Shown here: positions 1-11,500 of the stretch, in pieces
How positions within the stretch are numbered: the stretch's first letter is position 1
How the letters are laid out: each line of letters begins with the position of its first letter
Origin: Setoptus koraiensis
Lineage: Eukaryota > Animalia > Arthropoda
DNA length: 64,000 nucleotides
NCBI GenBank assembly: GCA_048013815.1
Contig: CM106586.1
Coordinates: 372,001 to 436,000 of the forward strand
Direction of reading: 5' to 3'
Position numbers and translations under genes: made by a program
Notes under the pieces: model-generated
What the model saw: only the letters and a program-made list of their open reading frames with translations
Told to the model about the DNA's origin: nothing
Database searches by the model: none

Positions 1-139
1 TTATCTCAATCTTTTGGTAACTCCGGAACCGGAAGTTTCCTGGCTTCCGGTCTACTCATTCCCTGATATGGGGCCCCTACGGGACCCATGTGTGAAGTTT
101 CATCGAAATCTGAGTGGGGACCTAATCGCAAGAACACCC
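1..139 (+). mobile_element. Right end of Merlin-like TIR element, family A (non-autonomous)
   Basis: Nearly identical to 29281-29418 and 38135-38270; ends GGGACCTAATCGCAAGAACACCC, the reverse complement of left TIR GGTTGTTCTAGCGATTAGGTCCC; followed by GCGCTCAC (140-147), the same 8-mer that flanks the 25359-29418 copy. Confidence 0.75.
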
Positions 140-170
140 GCGCTCACTGTGCCTAGAGTATAACGAGTCC

Positions 171-734
171 ATGCCAGAAGTCGAAATGGTGGATAAAATA
201 AAAGCGAGAGTCCTGCCATCATTCGAGCCGAATCTTACTCAGGCGGACCCTCAAACCATAGCAGATCTAATGAGAACATGCACCCTTCTGGAAGAAGGTA
301 TGCGAAAAAAGAGCCCGAAGCAAGCCGAGGTTAACATGGTTCAACGAAACCTAGTTTGCTATGAATGTAAAGGTATCGGACATCCCGCAAAAGTATGTCC
401 TAGTAGAACGAACAATAGCGCAGGAAACAAATTCAATCAACACCCGAAAACACAGAATAACCGATATCGGGAAGGAGACTCAAAACACAACGAATCCAAC
501 AATAGAAACAAGTCATCGTACCCACCCGCCAACAACAATGCAGCAAACCGAGGCCGAGGAGGGTACAGGAGGCACTCTCACAGATACAATGAGCAGAAAA
601 ATCCCACAGCAGGCCCCAGTGGCAACACCAATAACAACGATACACCAAGGAATAATCAAGAGAGGAACCAACCACCTAGAAATAACTATCGTGGTAATCA
701 AAACAACAGACAAGGACACAGAAGGTCAAACTAG
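171..734 (+). pseudogene. gag: G1 gag C-terminal part (capsid end plus CCHC knuckle)
   Basis: CYECKGIGHPAKVC knuckle. The TAG at 732-734 is GAG in copy 2 (29450 ORF reads through), so it is a nonsense mutation. Confidence 0.85.
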
Positions 735-743
735 GCACCGAAC

Positions 744-2998
744 ATGTGCGCATTCATACGTCCGACCGCACACATCTATACAAAAATAACTGTAAACAAG
801 GTGAATATCAACGCCATGGTCGACTGCGGCACGACGGTAACAATCATCAATGAAAAAGTGGCGGAGAAGTACAGATGGCCCATCTCAAACAGCGAAAATG
901 TAAACCTCCAATCAGCAAAAGGCGACCGTCTAGACGTATGTGGCCAAATCATAGCCAAAATATCGCTTAATGTAGAGGACAAGATTTTAACGACGGAACA
1001 CCCCGTCATCGTAACCAAGGATCTGCCCACACAGATGCTACTGGGTCTAGATATATTAGCAGACCTAAACATCCTCATCAACACAAAAGAAGGCTCACTA
1101 CATCTCACAAAGAAAGAAGCATCGACGAGGAAACAAACCATTGTTTCACAGTATCAAACGAAATCATACCTGCGAGAGCATCAGCCTGTATCGAAGCAAT
1201 GTTCCCAAAGTCGGCAGAAGTGAACACAGTGCTCAACAACACATGCCTAGACCCGAACGGTATCGTCATCCCCAACATCATCGTTAAGCCAAAGAAACAA
1301 AAAGCAATGGTCATAGTGACCAACATGAGCGACAAACCTGTAAAGATGAGAGCACGCACTAAATTATCAAGATGGGAAAACATAGAAAGCGACAACAATT
1401 CATCAGTGAACGCGGTCATAAACTGCGGCGACATGATCCTTAATGTCGGTGACCAATTAGACATCAACCAGAAGGAACAAATAAGAAATCTTGTAGCAAA
1501 CAACAAAGACGTGTTTTCCGATGGCGACCACATCGGGAGAACCAATATAACGAAACATAAAATCGACATGGTCGACCGTACACCCATCAATCAGCCGCTG
1601 AGGAGATCAGCCTATACAGAGAGAGAAATCATCCAGGAGAATGTCGACAAAATGCTTAAGGCAGGCATAATCCAACACTCAGAGTCGCCATTTAACAGCC
1701 CGATCGTATTGGTCAGAAAACGCGATGGTTCCATCCGTTGCTGCATAGACTTTAGGGCAATAAATGCGAGAACAAAGAAATGGGCCTTCCCGTTGCCACG
1801 GCAAGAAGATATTCTAGAAGGGTTGGCAGGCTCCAAGTATATAACAACTTTCGACTGTAATCAAGGATACCATCAGATAGAATTAGAGGACTCGTCGAAA
1901 GAACTCACCGCCTTCTCAACACCCGAATCGCATTATGAATACACCGTAATGCCATTCGGGCTGTGTAACGCAGCACAGACATTTCAGCGAACAATAAACA
2001 TCGCACTCAAGGCAGTGATAGGCACAGTATGCTATGTATACATGGATGACATAGTAGTGTTCTCAAAGACATTCAGCAAACACATGCAAGATTTAGAATT
2101 AATCCTTAATTTGATGAGAAAGGCCAACCTTACATTAAAATTGTCAAAGTGCAGGTTCGCATATGACGAGATAGAAATTCTTGGCCATCGAGTGGACGCT
2201 AACGGCATCTACCCGCAAGAAGACAAGCTGGGTCTGATCCGAAACTTACCAACACCAAGGACAATCGAAGAGGTCAGAAAGGTATTAGGACTTCTCGGCT
2301 ACTACAGACGATTTGTTCGACGCTTTGCGGAGATAGCGGCCCCGTTGTCGAACCTTACTCGCAAGAACGCGTCTTTCTCATGGGATGATGAGAAGGAACA
2401 AAGCCTGAGCGAACTGATAAGAGAGCTCATCAACAGCCCCGGCGTGGCGCACTACGTGCCAAATAAACCAGTCATGATCAAGACTGACGCCAGCAAAATT
2501 GGCGTCGCCGGCATTCTGCTACAGTACATAAGAAAAGATTGGAGGATAGTCGCGTGCGTGAGCAGACGTCTATCGCAAGCAGAATCAAATTATACGATAA
2601 CTGAACTCGAAGCCCTAGCCATCATATTTAGCCTGGAGAAATTCAGACCATACGTTTATGGCCAACAGGTGACCATAATCGTTGACCACTGCGCTCTTTG
2701 CCAGCTGACAAAGGCAAAGAAATTAAATCCGAGACTGACCAGATGGTCGCTAAGTCTCCAAGAATACAATTTAAACATTGTATACAAATCCGGCCGTAGA
2801 CACTCAGACGTAGATTGCTTATCTAGGGTGTTTGCAGAATCTACAGACGTGGTAGACATAGCCTCCAAAGCTTTCGCCATCATACCGATGGAAGATTGGC
2901 GAAAGGACTACAAAGATAAAGAGAGTAAACAAATCATAAGCTCTATCGCCAGAGCTAGACCACATGCTAGACGGCTATATATACAACAAAGACAATAA
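744..2998 (+). pseudogene. pol: G1 pol: aspartic protease, RT, RNase H (frameshifted near 1105 and near 2960)
   Basis: AMVDCGT protease site, RCCIDFRAIN, VMPFGLCNA, YMDD, KTDASKIG, DHCAL. A 1-bp deletion relative to copy 2 (CATCTCACAAAG vs CATCTCAACAAAG) splits ORFs 744-1223 and 1199-2998. Confidence 0.92.
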
Positions 2999-4517
2999 GC
3001 TCTATGTTCCAATGTCCAGAAGAAAGGAGATTATGGGCAATAAACATTCTCAAGATATGGCTGGACATTCGGGCATAGCCCAGACCATAGACAAAATCAA
3101 AGAGTTTTATTACTGGCCTAACTTAGACAATCAGACAAAAGAGTTCGTCCGCTCTTGTGATGTATGCCAGAGCTATAAAGCACCGAGAACTAGGCCGTCG
3201 GGTAACATGAACTCTTTCGAGGCACACTTTCCCATGGAAGTAATCTCCATGGATTTCCTAGGCCCACTGTCGGTGACTAAGAGAGGAAATAAGCACATTA
3301 TCGTCGCCATAGACAATTTTAGTAGGTATCTGATAGCACAACCAACAACCTCGACAAGCACCGAAATAGTACAATCTTTCGTGATGGATAAAATCGTAGG
3401 ACCCTTCGGGGTACCCATCAAATTATTAAGCGACAACGCCAGTTGCTTTACATCGAAACTGATGAAAGATTTAGGAACAATGTTGGGATGTGAGATAACA
3501 CACTCAACACCTTACTACCACGAGGGCAACGCCCTAGCAGAGAGGGCGATTCAGACTGTAACGACAAAACTAGCCATGATACTAGACGACAAAGAAAAGA
3601 GCACATGGGATGACGTCCTATCAATGGCCATTCTTAGCATCAACGCGACACCACACAAATCGACTGGGTATTCACCAAGCGAGGTATTCTTCGGCAGAAA
3701 AGCACGAATACCGAATGACCCGATCGTCATAAATAGCCCAATTCATTCTTTTGTCGAAGCCCTGTCTAACAAATTAATCCACATAATGGAAAAGGTCAGA
3801 GAGAATGTAACTAAAGAGAATGAAAAATCCAAAGCGATATACGACGAAAAACGAGAGAACAGAACCTATAAGGTTAACGACATCGTAAGAGTGCTATTTC
3901 CACCGGAAGCCAACCAGGGGACGACGAAGCTAAGCAAGAAGTTCAAAGGTCCCTTCAGGATAGTGGAAGCACTACCACACAACATTTATAAAATCGTACT
4001 AGTAAAGGATATGTACAAGGCTCGCAAGCCAATCACAACCACGCACGTGAGTAAAATATTTCCATACCATGGAATCGACATCAGCGAGGAACAGAATGAA
4101 CAAACACAGCAACCGAACATTCAGAGCGACCCAGAAGAACAAGAAAACTTGGAACTCGAGGAAGTCGTAGAACTGCCAAACACAATGCCAAAGCAAATCG
4201 CATCCAGCACTCCAGACCAAACGAACACGATACCAAAACAAGTCGTTACTAGCAGTGCAGATCAAAGGCACACCGCGAAAAGTAGGAGAAAGCAACGGCT
4301 GAACCCGAAAACGGCTTACCTAGCAACGATCATGATGATGATAATGTCAGCGTGTCACACAGAAGCATGGAGACCACTGCCAAAGAGTGATCTTGTGTTG
4401 TGGGAGGCTTCAGACATCGCTGTGGTAGTAGGTGTGACGAACCACGAAGCCACCTTCCAAGTAAGCTCACCATGCGAAGAACTTTTCCCGACAAAAACTC
4501 ACAATCTAAGAGCCTAG
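2964..4517 (+). pseudogene. pol: G1 integrase followed in-frame by acidic linker and start of env
   Basis: HSQDMAGH...CDVC zinc finger, MDFLGP, LSDNA, ALAERA, FKGPF (GPY/F); C-terminus carries hydrophobic AYLATIMMMIMSAC. Confidence 0.9.
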
Positions 4518-6172
4518 TGTGAAGCAGAGTTCCAAGAAAAGGTCGTGGTGAATATGAACAAATTCTGCAGGGAAAATCCGCACGCCATCAAAATACGAAC
4601 CTTGCTACTACCGATCTTAGCATACAGCTTATACAGCAACATAGTGTCGGAAGTACAGTTGAGGAAAGAAATAAACGGCGTGACGCAGCAAATCCAAGAA
4701 CATGCAGACGAACAACAAAATATTACGAACAAATTGGCAAACAATGTCCGAAATATCCGGAACCAGATAGTTAACCAGGAGAGCATAGCACAAGAGTACA
4801 GGCTGCAGTTCAAAAAGAAAATCGAGGAGGTCCAAAAAGAATACTCCGCAGACATATCAGCGGCCATGTTAATGGCACTATACTCTGACAAACTACACAA
4901 AATGGAGTACCAACTCACTTCCATAAGACAGGATTGGGAGAGCAAGAGCATATCACCGAACCTCTTTGCATTACTAGGAGCGAGCGAAAAATATAGCCAT
5001 GCCACGTTGAGCCGAGCAAGGCCATCGGAATGCTCGTATGACAAGGAAAGCAACAGGCTTTCACTACGCTTTACGTCGCCAATAATCGACACCCGAACGG
5101 TTGTCATGAAGTCAACAGCGTTCGAACACATGAACGGATCCTTGGAGGAACTATGTCGCATGACTTATAATGGCCCATCATGGGTACTACATAACATCAC
5201 TTCCAACTGCTCCAAGGAGCTCACAAACAAAGACATCATGGAAGAAAAATCCGTGAACATACATTGCCGTTCTCCAAATCTCGATCTCAATCGAGATCAA
5301 AGTCAGTGGACAAAAGGAGAATGCAGAAAATGCAACGAGAGGGGAGACCCATGGTACCTGGCCTTCCAAATGTACACAGTAAACAGAATGAATCATATCT
5401 ATTGTTATGGCGAGACTATGAGCACGGCAGCAAGAGGTCTGGAACCTTGCCCACCATACCCGTTCCACCTACATCCAGACGAAGCGTTTGAGACACCTTC
5501 GTATAAATGGTCCGTCCTCGCGGAACAAGTAGAGAAGAAGGAAGACTGGGGCGCCATGATAGCGTCACGATTGAATGACCGATTCGAGAGCCATCTCGAG
5601 CCAATGATAATTAAGACGACCAACATAAAAGAATTCGTAGACAAAACACCAGACGTCAACACAACTGGAAGAATGAAATGGCTGGATGTGAAAGCGAATG
5701 ACGGCACGCTCGTTCTATCAGGAATACTAGCTGCTAATGCGACACGATGGATCAGTAAGGTATCTGACTCAGACTTCGGACAGGCGGTCAAAGGAGGAGC
5801 CACCTGGTTAGGAGAAATGGCAAACAAAATAGCCAAACCAACAAATGGATTTGGAAAGCAGTAGACTGGGCAAAAGAAAACCTTTCACTGATCACGACAA
5901 TCCTCATAGTTATAGTACTAGTAGTCATAATGTCAATCATCACACCTTATGTTAACTTTTTCGTGACAATTATTACACACGCGCTAGCCTTAGTTAGGGC
6001 GACAGGAAAATTACTGTTCACGAGGACCAAGAACACACTCCCACTCCATAGAAAGGATATCAAACCAGCAGGGAGAAAAATTACAAAGCTGTTACAGAAA
6101 CCGATGCCTAAGTTACGATCAAGCAAAACGAGAGAAGAAAGCAGCAGGAAAAACTTTAGCAAAATGCTGTAG
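4315..6172 (+). pseudogene. env: G1 envelope-like glycoprotein (in-frame TAG at 4515; frameshift near 5840 before the TM helix)
   Basis: Signal-like segment, hydrophobic TLLLPILAYSLY followed by a long heptad-rich helix, Cys-rich C-half (IYCYG...CPPY), several N-X-S/T sequons; the shifted frame reads KWIWKAVDWAKENLSLITTILIVIVLVVIMSIITPY and continues into ORF 5930-6172. ORF 4545-5864 is in the same frame as 2964-4517. Confidence 0.75.
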
Positions 6173-6255
6173 CTCGTTACATAGGTGTAATTGACCCCTA
6201 GTTGAAAACAAGCTATTGGCAAATTGCCACACGGTACAGAACAGCCCGTGTCTTT

Positions 6256-6267
6256 AAAGGACGGGGA
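6256..6267 (+). promoter_or_regulatory. Polypurine tract of G1
   Basis: AAAGGACGGGGA immediately before the TG of the LTR. Confidence 0.75.
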
Positions 6268-6389
6268 TGTCAGAGAATGTAAGCCTATGTATCACTTATA
6301 CGCATGCGTAGACGCTCCGATATATAAACGGAGCGCACACTTTAAATAAACTCAGATTTGATCACCAGTTCTAACACCATATTATTACA
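6268..6389 (+). repeat. G1 3' LTR (122 bp)
   Basis: TGTCAGAG...ATTACA termini, TATATAAA at about 6321 and AATAAA downstream; follows the PPT. No 5' LTR in the window to confirm. Confidence 0.7.
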
Positions 6390-6490
6390 GACAGCGCCAT
6401 CATGCGGACACGAACGCACACGCTCCGGCGGAGCGCGCATTACAAATTGGGAGAAACACACGTGACTACACACAGCGCCATCATGCGGAC

Positions 6491-8107
6491 ATGGACGCAC
6501 ACGCTCCGGCGGAGCGCGCATTACAAATCATGAGATATGCATATTATTACACAGAGCGCAACCCAGTGTCTATCAACACACACGCTCCGGTGGTGCGCCA
6601 ATTACGAAATACGATTAATTCGTATAATAATACAAAGCGCCATGTATGGAGCAGTAGCGTTCACGCTCCTGCGGAACACGCTTCACGAGCAATTGAACCC
6701 ATACCAATTAACATTTACAGTTGCGCGCCAACCAAAAACTGGCTAAGATTTGGATCAATAAGCATCCACCATGGCAATATTCGTTTTATACAAGCGAACT
6801 GCAACAAATCAGCATATGGTAACACCTCACTCTTTGAGACAGCTAAGAATAGCGGAGTGGATATTATAATTGCTTGTGAAGTACACACTTCAAGCAGTTA
6901 TGAACTTACTGGTTTCGGAAACTTTGTTAAGTGCTCAAGCAGGCCCCAGATAGGAGAATCAGCTAACAGAATTCAGACCTCAGCGGCTATAATCTGTCTC
7001 AACAAATCACTGAGATTTATATGCATCACTGGGGGAAATAATGATGCACCTGTAGACTATACAGCTGCACTAGTATATGGGATCGTCGAGTATCTTGTCA
7101 TATCGATTTATGTCAAACCAAGGAACAACACAAAACTCACAAGAGACGATGGCACAACAACAACATACCTTGACATGCTATATACAGAAATTAGGCAGAT
7201 AATAGAGAAGCACAGGAACAAAATAATCATAGTCGCAGGGGATTTCAACACACGACACAACGACTGGGATCCTTTCATCAAACCCAATAGAGTCGATCAG
7301 GCAAGATGCAGCCCTCTTATAGACTTTATGAAAGATTGTAATATATACAATCTTAATGCAATCAACAAAAGAGAAGGAGTTGCCACTTATAGAGGTCATG
7401 GCACAACGCATAATGAATCTGGCGCGTCAGGTTTTAGTAACATCGACCTAACTCTCGTTAACGAAAAAGGATTGAGAGAAATAGGATATTGGGGTATAGA
7501 AGTCGGAACAATGATAAGTGACCACTGTGCAATTAGGTTCGACATGGAAGAGAAGATCTCCAAACACACCAGTATAAGGAAGACTTGCGGAAGACTTAGC
7601 AATGAGGAAATAACCTCGATAAACGAATTAATAGACACATCATATCTAGATAGTAGAATTCCTACTACTCTAGACACATCAGACCAGATTGATGAAGCAA
7701 TCAAAACCGTTACCGACCACATCCACGCGACAATTGAAAAATTCCAAGTTACAAGAAACACGCGATCACTAGCAAAAAGAAACACCAATAGTGACATGTC
7801 TACTGTCATGGAGGGAAATACAGTAAACATTGAGGGTACAATAAGAAGAACAGCAAACAGCAGGGCCCGAGCCTATCGATACAGCTGCATAACAGATGAC
7901 CCTATCAAGGCGTATCAAATCACTGGAGTTACAGACAAAATTTGGGAATTAGAAAACCCAACAGAAACGAGGGAACCAGTGGACATACACATCACACTTG
8001 AAGTGATCACTTCTAAAAGGGGATACATTCGATGGAAAAAGAGAGCCCAATCAATCTTACAAGATCATCTGAAGAAAAGCAGAAAAGGCAAAGAAGCCAG
8101 ATGGTGA
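6491..8107 (+). pseudogene. ORF2 N-part: peptide repeats plus apurinic-like endonuclease
   Basis: FIQANCNKS, DIIIACE, SIYVKP, VAGDFN, IDLTLV, ISDHCAI motifs. Ends ARW*TPKL, a probable TGG>TGA change in a WWTPxL motif, in the same frame as the RT ORF. Confidence 0.88.
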
Positions 8108-8203
8108 ACACCAAAGCTAAGTGACCTAAGAGCAACCTATAAGCAAGCAGCCAGGGCGTTCTACACGCACACACACCGCAATAATATCGAGGTCAGAGAG
8201 AAC

Positions 8204-10186
8204 ATGGTCAAAGCTCGCAATCTCTATGCGAAAGAGATTAGAATTGCAAAGCGACAATCCTGGACGTCATTTGTGGCCCTCACGTCAAGCATTGACGCAT
8301 GGAATGAGGCCTATAAAATTATCATGAAGAAGCGTAAAATCAAAACATGCATGCACTCCTTGAAACTAGACAATGGGGAGGAAATAACTGAACTCATCAA
8401 GACTCTACCATACAGTAAAGCACCTGGGTTAGACGGCCTAACAGGAGAAATCCTGCGGGGGATATGTCCCAAAATCATTAAATACCTAGGAAGAATAATC
8501 GAAAGATGTGTGAGAATAGGGTACTTCCCGCAGAAATGGAAAGAAGCCTACGTTGTCATGATCCCGAAGCCTGGCAAGAATGCCGCAACTTTGAAAGGAT
8601 GGAGGCCCATCTGTCTCTTAAATAACATGTCGAAAATACTCGACAAGATCATGATCAATAACATAATGTCACAATACAGGCAAACAATTGGCCTCTCTCA
8701 GGAACAATATGGCTTCGAACCACATAAGTCGACAGTCCATGCAATCAATGAACTAGTAGAAACAGTGAAAGAGAAACGCAGAGAGGGAGTTGTCGCGCTA
8801 GTATGCCTGGACGTATCGGGAGCATTTGACAATGCCTGGCATCCCGAGATAGTCAAAAGGCTGATGGAGGCAGGCATCAGCACCAATCTACTGAAACTGT
8901 TAAAGTCCTACCTGAAAGACAGAAGAGCCACCATTGAATATAACGGCGTAACGGTCACGAAGAACCCTCAAAGAGGCTGCCCTCAGGGCTCGTCGTCTGG
9001 CCCAATGCTCTGGAATCTATTGTATAATAGCATCGTCTCGATATCAAATGAAAGCAGCGACTCTCGAATAATAGCCTATGCAGATGATATCACGCTAGTC
9101 ACATGGGCACGTACCCAAGAACTAGTCCGAGCGAAAGCCGAAAGAGCGGTACGACACATCATTAAACAAGGGAATCGAATAAAACTTAGGTTCGGACCTG
9201 AAAAAACCGAACTTCTATATTACCCTCAAATTCGAGCAAAGAATGAACCTACGAATATTAATGAGAACAGGTCTGATGCAGCGCCAACGGGCAGACCAAG
9301 ACGTCCAAACACAAAGAACAGTGGCAAAAAACATAAATTTACAATCAAAGTCGACAATTACTCTATCACTGAATCCGAAACAGTGAGAATACTTGGAGTG
9401 TACTTTAACGACCAATTAACATGGACAAGCCACATCGAAATCGCACTTAAAAAAGCAACACAAAAATGGCAACTACTCGCCCCGGCATGCAGTAACAAAT
9501 GTGGAATGAACCCAAAAAGCGCAATCCGCATCTTCGAAGGGGCTATACAACCTGTTTTGACGTATGGTTCACCTATATGGGCGGAAGAACTAATTTTCTC
9601 AAAAATACGAAACAAACTTAGCAACTGGCAACAGGAAAAAGTGCTGAGGCTTTGCAGAGGCTACAACACAATGGCCAAATCTGTCGCGAATATCGTAAGT
9701 GGCATAATGCCAATTGACCTACTAATAGAAGGACAAGCCATCCAATGGAGAGTCACAAACATACACGAATACGTTCACTTTTATAAAGGAGACTCTGTAT
9801 CCAGATCTTCTATTATGGGCAAATGCAAAATCCGTGTTGGCATACCGAATATTACAAGCACTGAGACCATACCAGCTCAACAGAATTATTTCGTTCGAAA
9901 AAACAACAAGCGCTCCAGGAGAGGGTATGATATAATCAATAAAGAAATAACAAGTGGAACTCAGCATCACTACATTAAAAGCAGAGAAGACAACGAATAT
10001 CTATACGCATATCATCGTGACCTGTTCACAGGACACGAAATAAGGACATATAGATTCAGAAAGCACCCAAATTGGATGGCGAATAGAATAACCATGCTTA
10101 TGATAGCCACCGAACATGTTATACTGGAGGAAAAAAGAAGAAGACTAATTCGCAATGACAAGACCTTCCATTTCATCTATTACTAA
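8204..10186 (+). pseudogene. ORF2 reverse transcriptase (non-LTR type)
   Basis: KAPGLDG, IPKPGK, WRPICLL, QYGF, CLDVSGAFDNAWH, GCPQGS, YADD, LGVYFNDQLTW. Confidence 0.93.
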
Positions 10187-10868
10187 AAACAACACAGGCA
10201 TTGAACTGAGAGACCTAATATCAATTGATCTAGTCAATCAGGAGACAGCAAGTGTGCTCAGAACGTTATGGGCCAACAATAAATATATAAGACTTTTTGA
10301 GGTCAACTCCGAAGACATATGGCCCTTCGAAGAATCGCCAGAATATGACGTAGATACATACAGGGCTAAGGACCACAAAGAGAAAATAAAACGCTGGATG
10401 ATTGATAAATGGAATGACAGGTACATCCTGGAATCGTCAAAGCCGGGTTGTTGGGGCAATCACACACGCAGAATATTCGAGAGCGTGCTAGATCGCAAAC
10501 AATGGAAATGGGTCACACCTGGGTATAGAATGACACAAATAATGACCAATCATGGTTATTTCAACTACATATTAAACAAATTCGATGTAGTTCCATACCC
10601 ATATTGTGAAAACTGTGCAAGCAACAATGTCAGAGCGACTGATAACGCGCATCACTATGTTCTAGAATGCCCAAAATATGCTGAACAGAGAGAGAGCCTC
10701 ACAAACTACATCAATTTGAAAGGGATAGGGTCTTTAAAAGGCATATTGGGGGAACGTACTGGATACTACATACTAAAGAAGTTCATCCACAGCAACAATA
10801 AGCTAGACAACGTATTAAACACACGAATTAGAATGGTACCCATAGTCGATGATCAGGACAGACACTAA
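10155..10868 (+). pseudogene. ORF2 C-terminus with CCHC zinc finger (frameshifted from RT ORF)
   Basis: TQIMTNHGYF...CENC...HYVLECP matches the TQxLTGHG...CxC...H...CP motif typical of R1-clade ORF2. Confidence 0.8.
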
Positions 10869-10940
10869 CACAGCAATAAGCCTTAAGAAACAGTAGACGT
10901 CATAGAAGTCATCATCCAAACAATAGTAAAGACAAAAAAG

Positions 10941-11235
10941 CACGCTCCGGGAGAGCGTCAATGTTACAGAAATGATCACCTTAAGCTGGTCAAAGAAGTT
11001 AGCACGCTCCATGGGAGCGCCGATGTCATACTAGCCATTCTTTTGAGCTAGTCTAAATAATGAGCACGCTCCATGGGAGCGTCGATGATACAAACTCGAG
11101 TAAAAAACCTTATGGTAACACTTACACGACTTTAGAGAGGATGGAACAACGAACACGCTCCAAGAAAGCGCAGTGGCATGAAGGCCATCGGATCAGGCCA
11201 GATCAAAACCATAAGCACGCTCCAGAGGAGAGTCA
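10941..11235 (+). repeat. Five CACGCTCC..GAGCG hairpin motifs in the 3' UTR
   Basis: Motif starts at 10941, 11003, 11065, 11154, 11216 (spacing 62, 62, 89, 62) with divergent intervening sequence. Confidence 0.8.
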
Positions 11236-11439
11236 ACTTAGTAAATGCATACTAATAAAATTGATATAGTCGACCATGAGAGAAGTGACTGACCCGTGCG
11301 GGCGGGCAGTCACTGAATATACCCGTCGGATTCTATAGCGGCTAAGTCGCTTCAAAAAGAATCCGGATTCTTGTTTATCAATGTGTGAAATATAAATGTA
11401 AATGATAGAAAGAATAAATGAACGCCAAAAAAAAAAAAA

Positions 11440-11500
11440 CCAACCAACCAACCAACAAACCAACCAACAACCAACCAACCAACCAACCAACCAACCAACC
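11440..11500 (+). repeat. Short (CCAA)n tract directly after the poly(A) tail
   Basis: About 15 CCAA units with minor variants, same motif and strand as 47306-57021. Confidence 0.95.

Larger units (their letters stand above)
140..6389 (+). mobile_element. Ty3/gypsy LTR retrotransposon family G1, copy 1 (5' end cut by TIR insertion; gag-pol-env; decayed)
   Basis: Domain order gag zinc knuckle, protease, RT, RNase H, integrase, env-like, polypurine tract, LTR. Confidence 0.92.
6390..11439 (+). mobile_element. R1-clade non-LTR retrotransposon, copy 1 (ORF2, 3' UTR, poly(A)); decayed
   Basis: APE, RT and C-terminal CCHC in order; AATAAA at 11413 and A13 at 11427-11439. Confidence 0.85.

Noticed and set aside
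732-734. Programmed gag-pol readthrough at TAG
   Set aside because: Copy 2 has GAG at this codon, so it is a mutation.
1100-1200. Programmed ribosomal frameshift between protease and RT
   Set aside because: Copy 2 is in frame; copy 1 has a 1-bp deletion.
9800-10400. RNase H domain after the non-LTR RT, as in TRAS1
   Set aside because: Position fits but I could not identify the catalytic motifs; needs an HMM search.
10941-11235. Repeat-spacer pattern as a CRISPR array
   Set aside because: Repeat is short and degenerate and lies in a retrotransposon 3' UTR; kept only as an RNA-motif finding.
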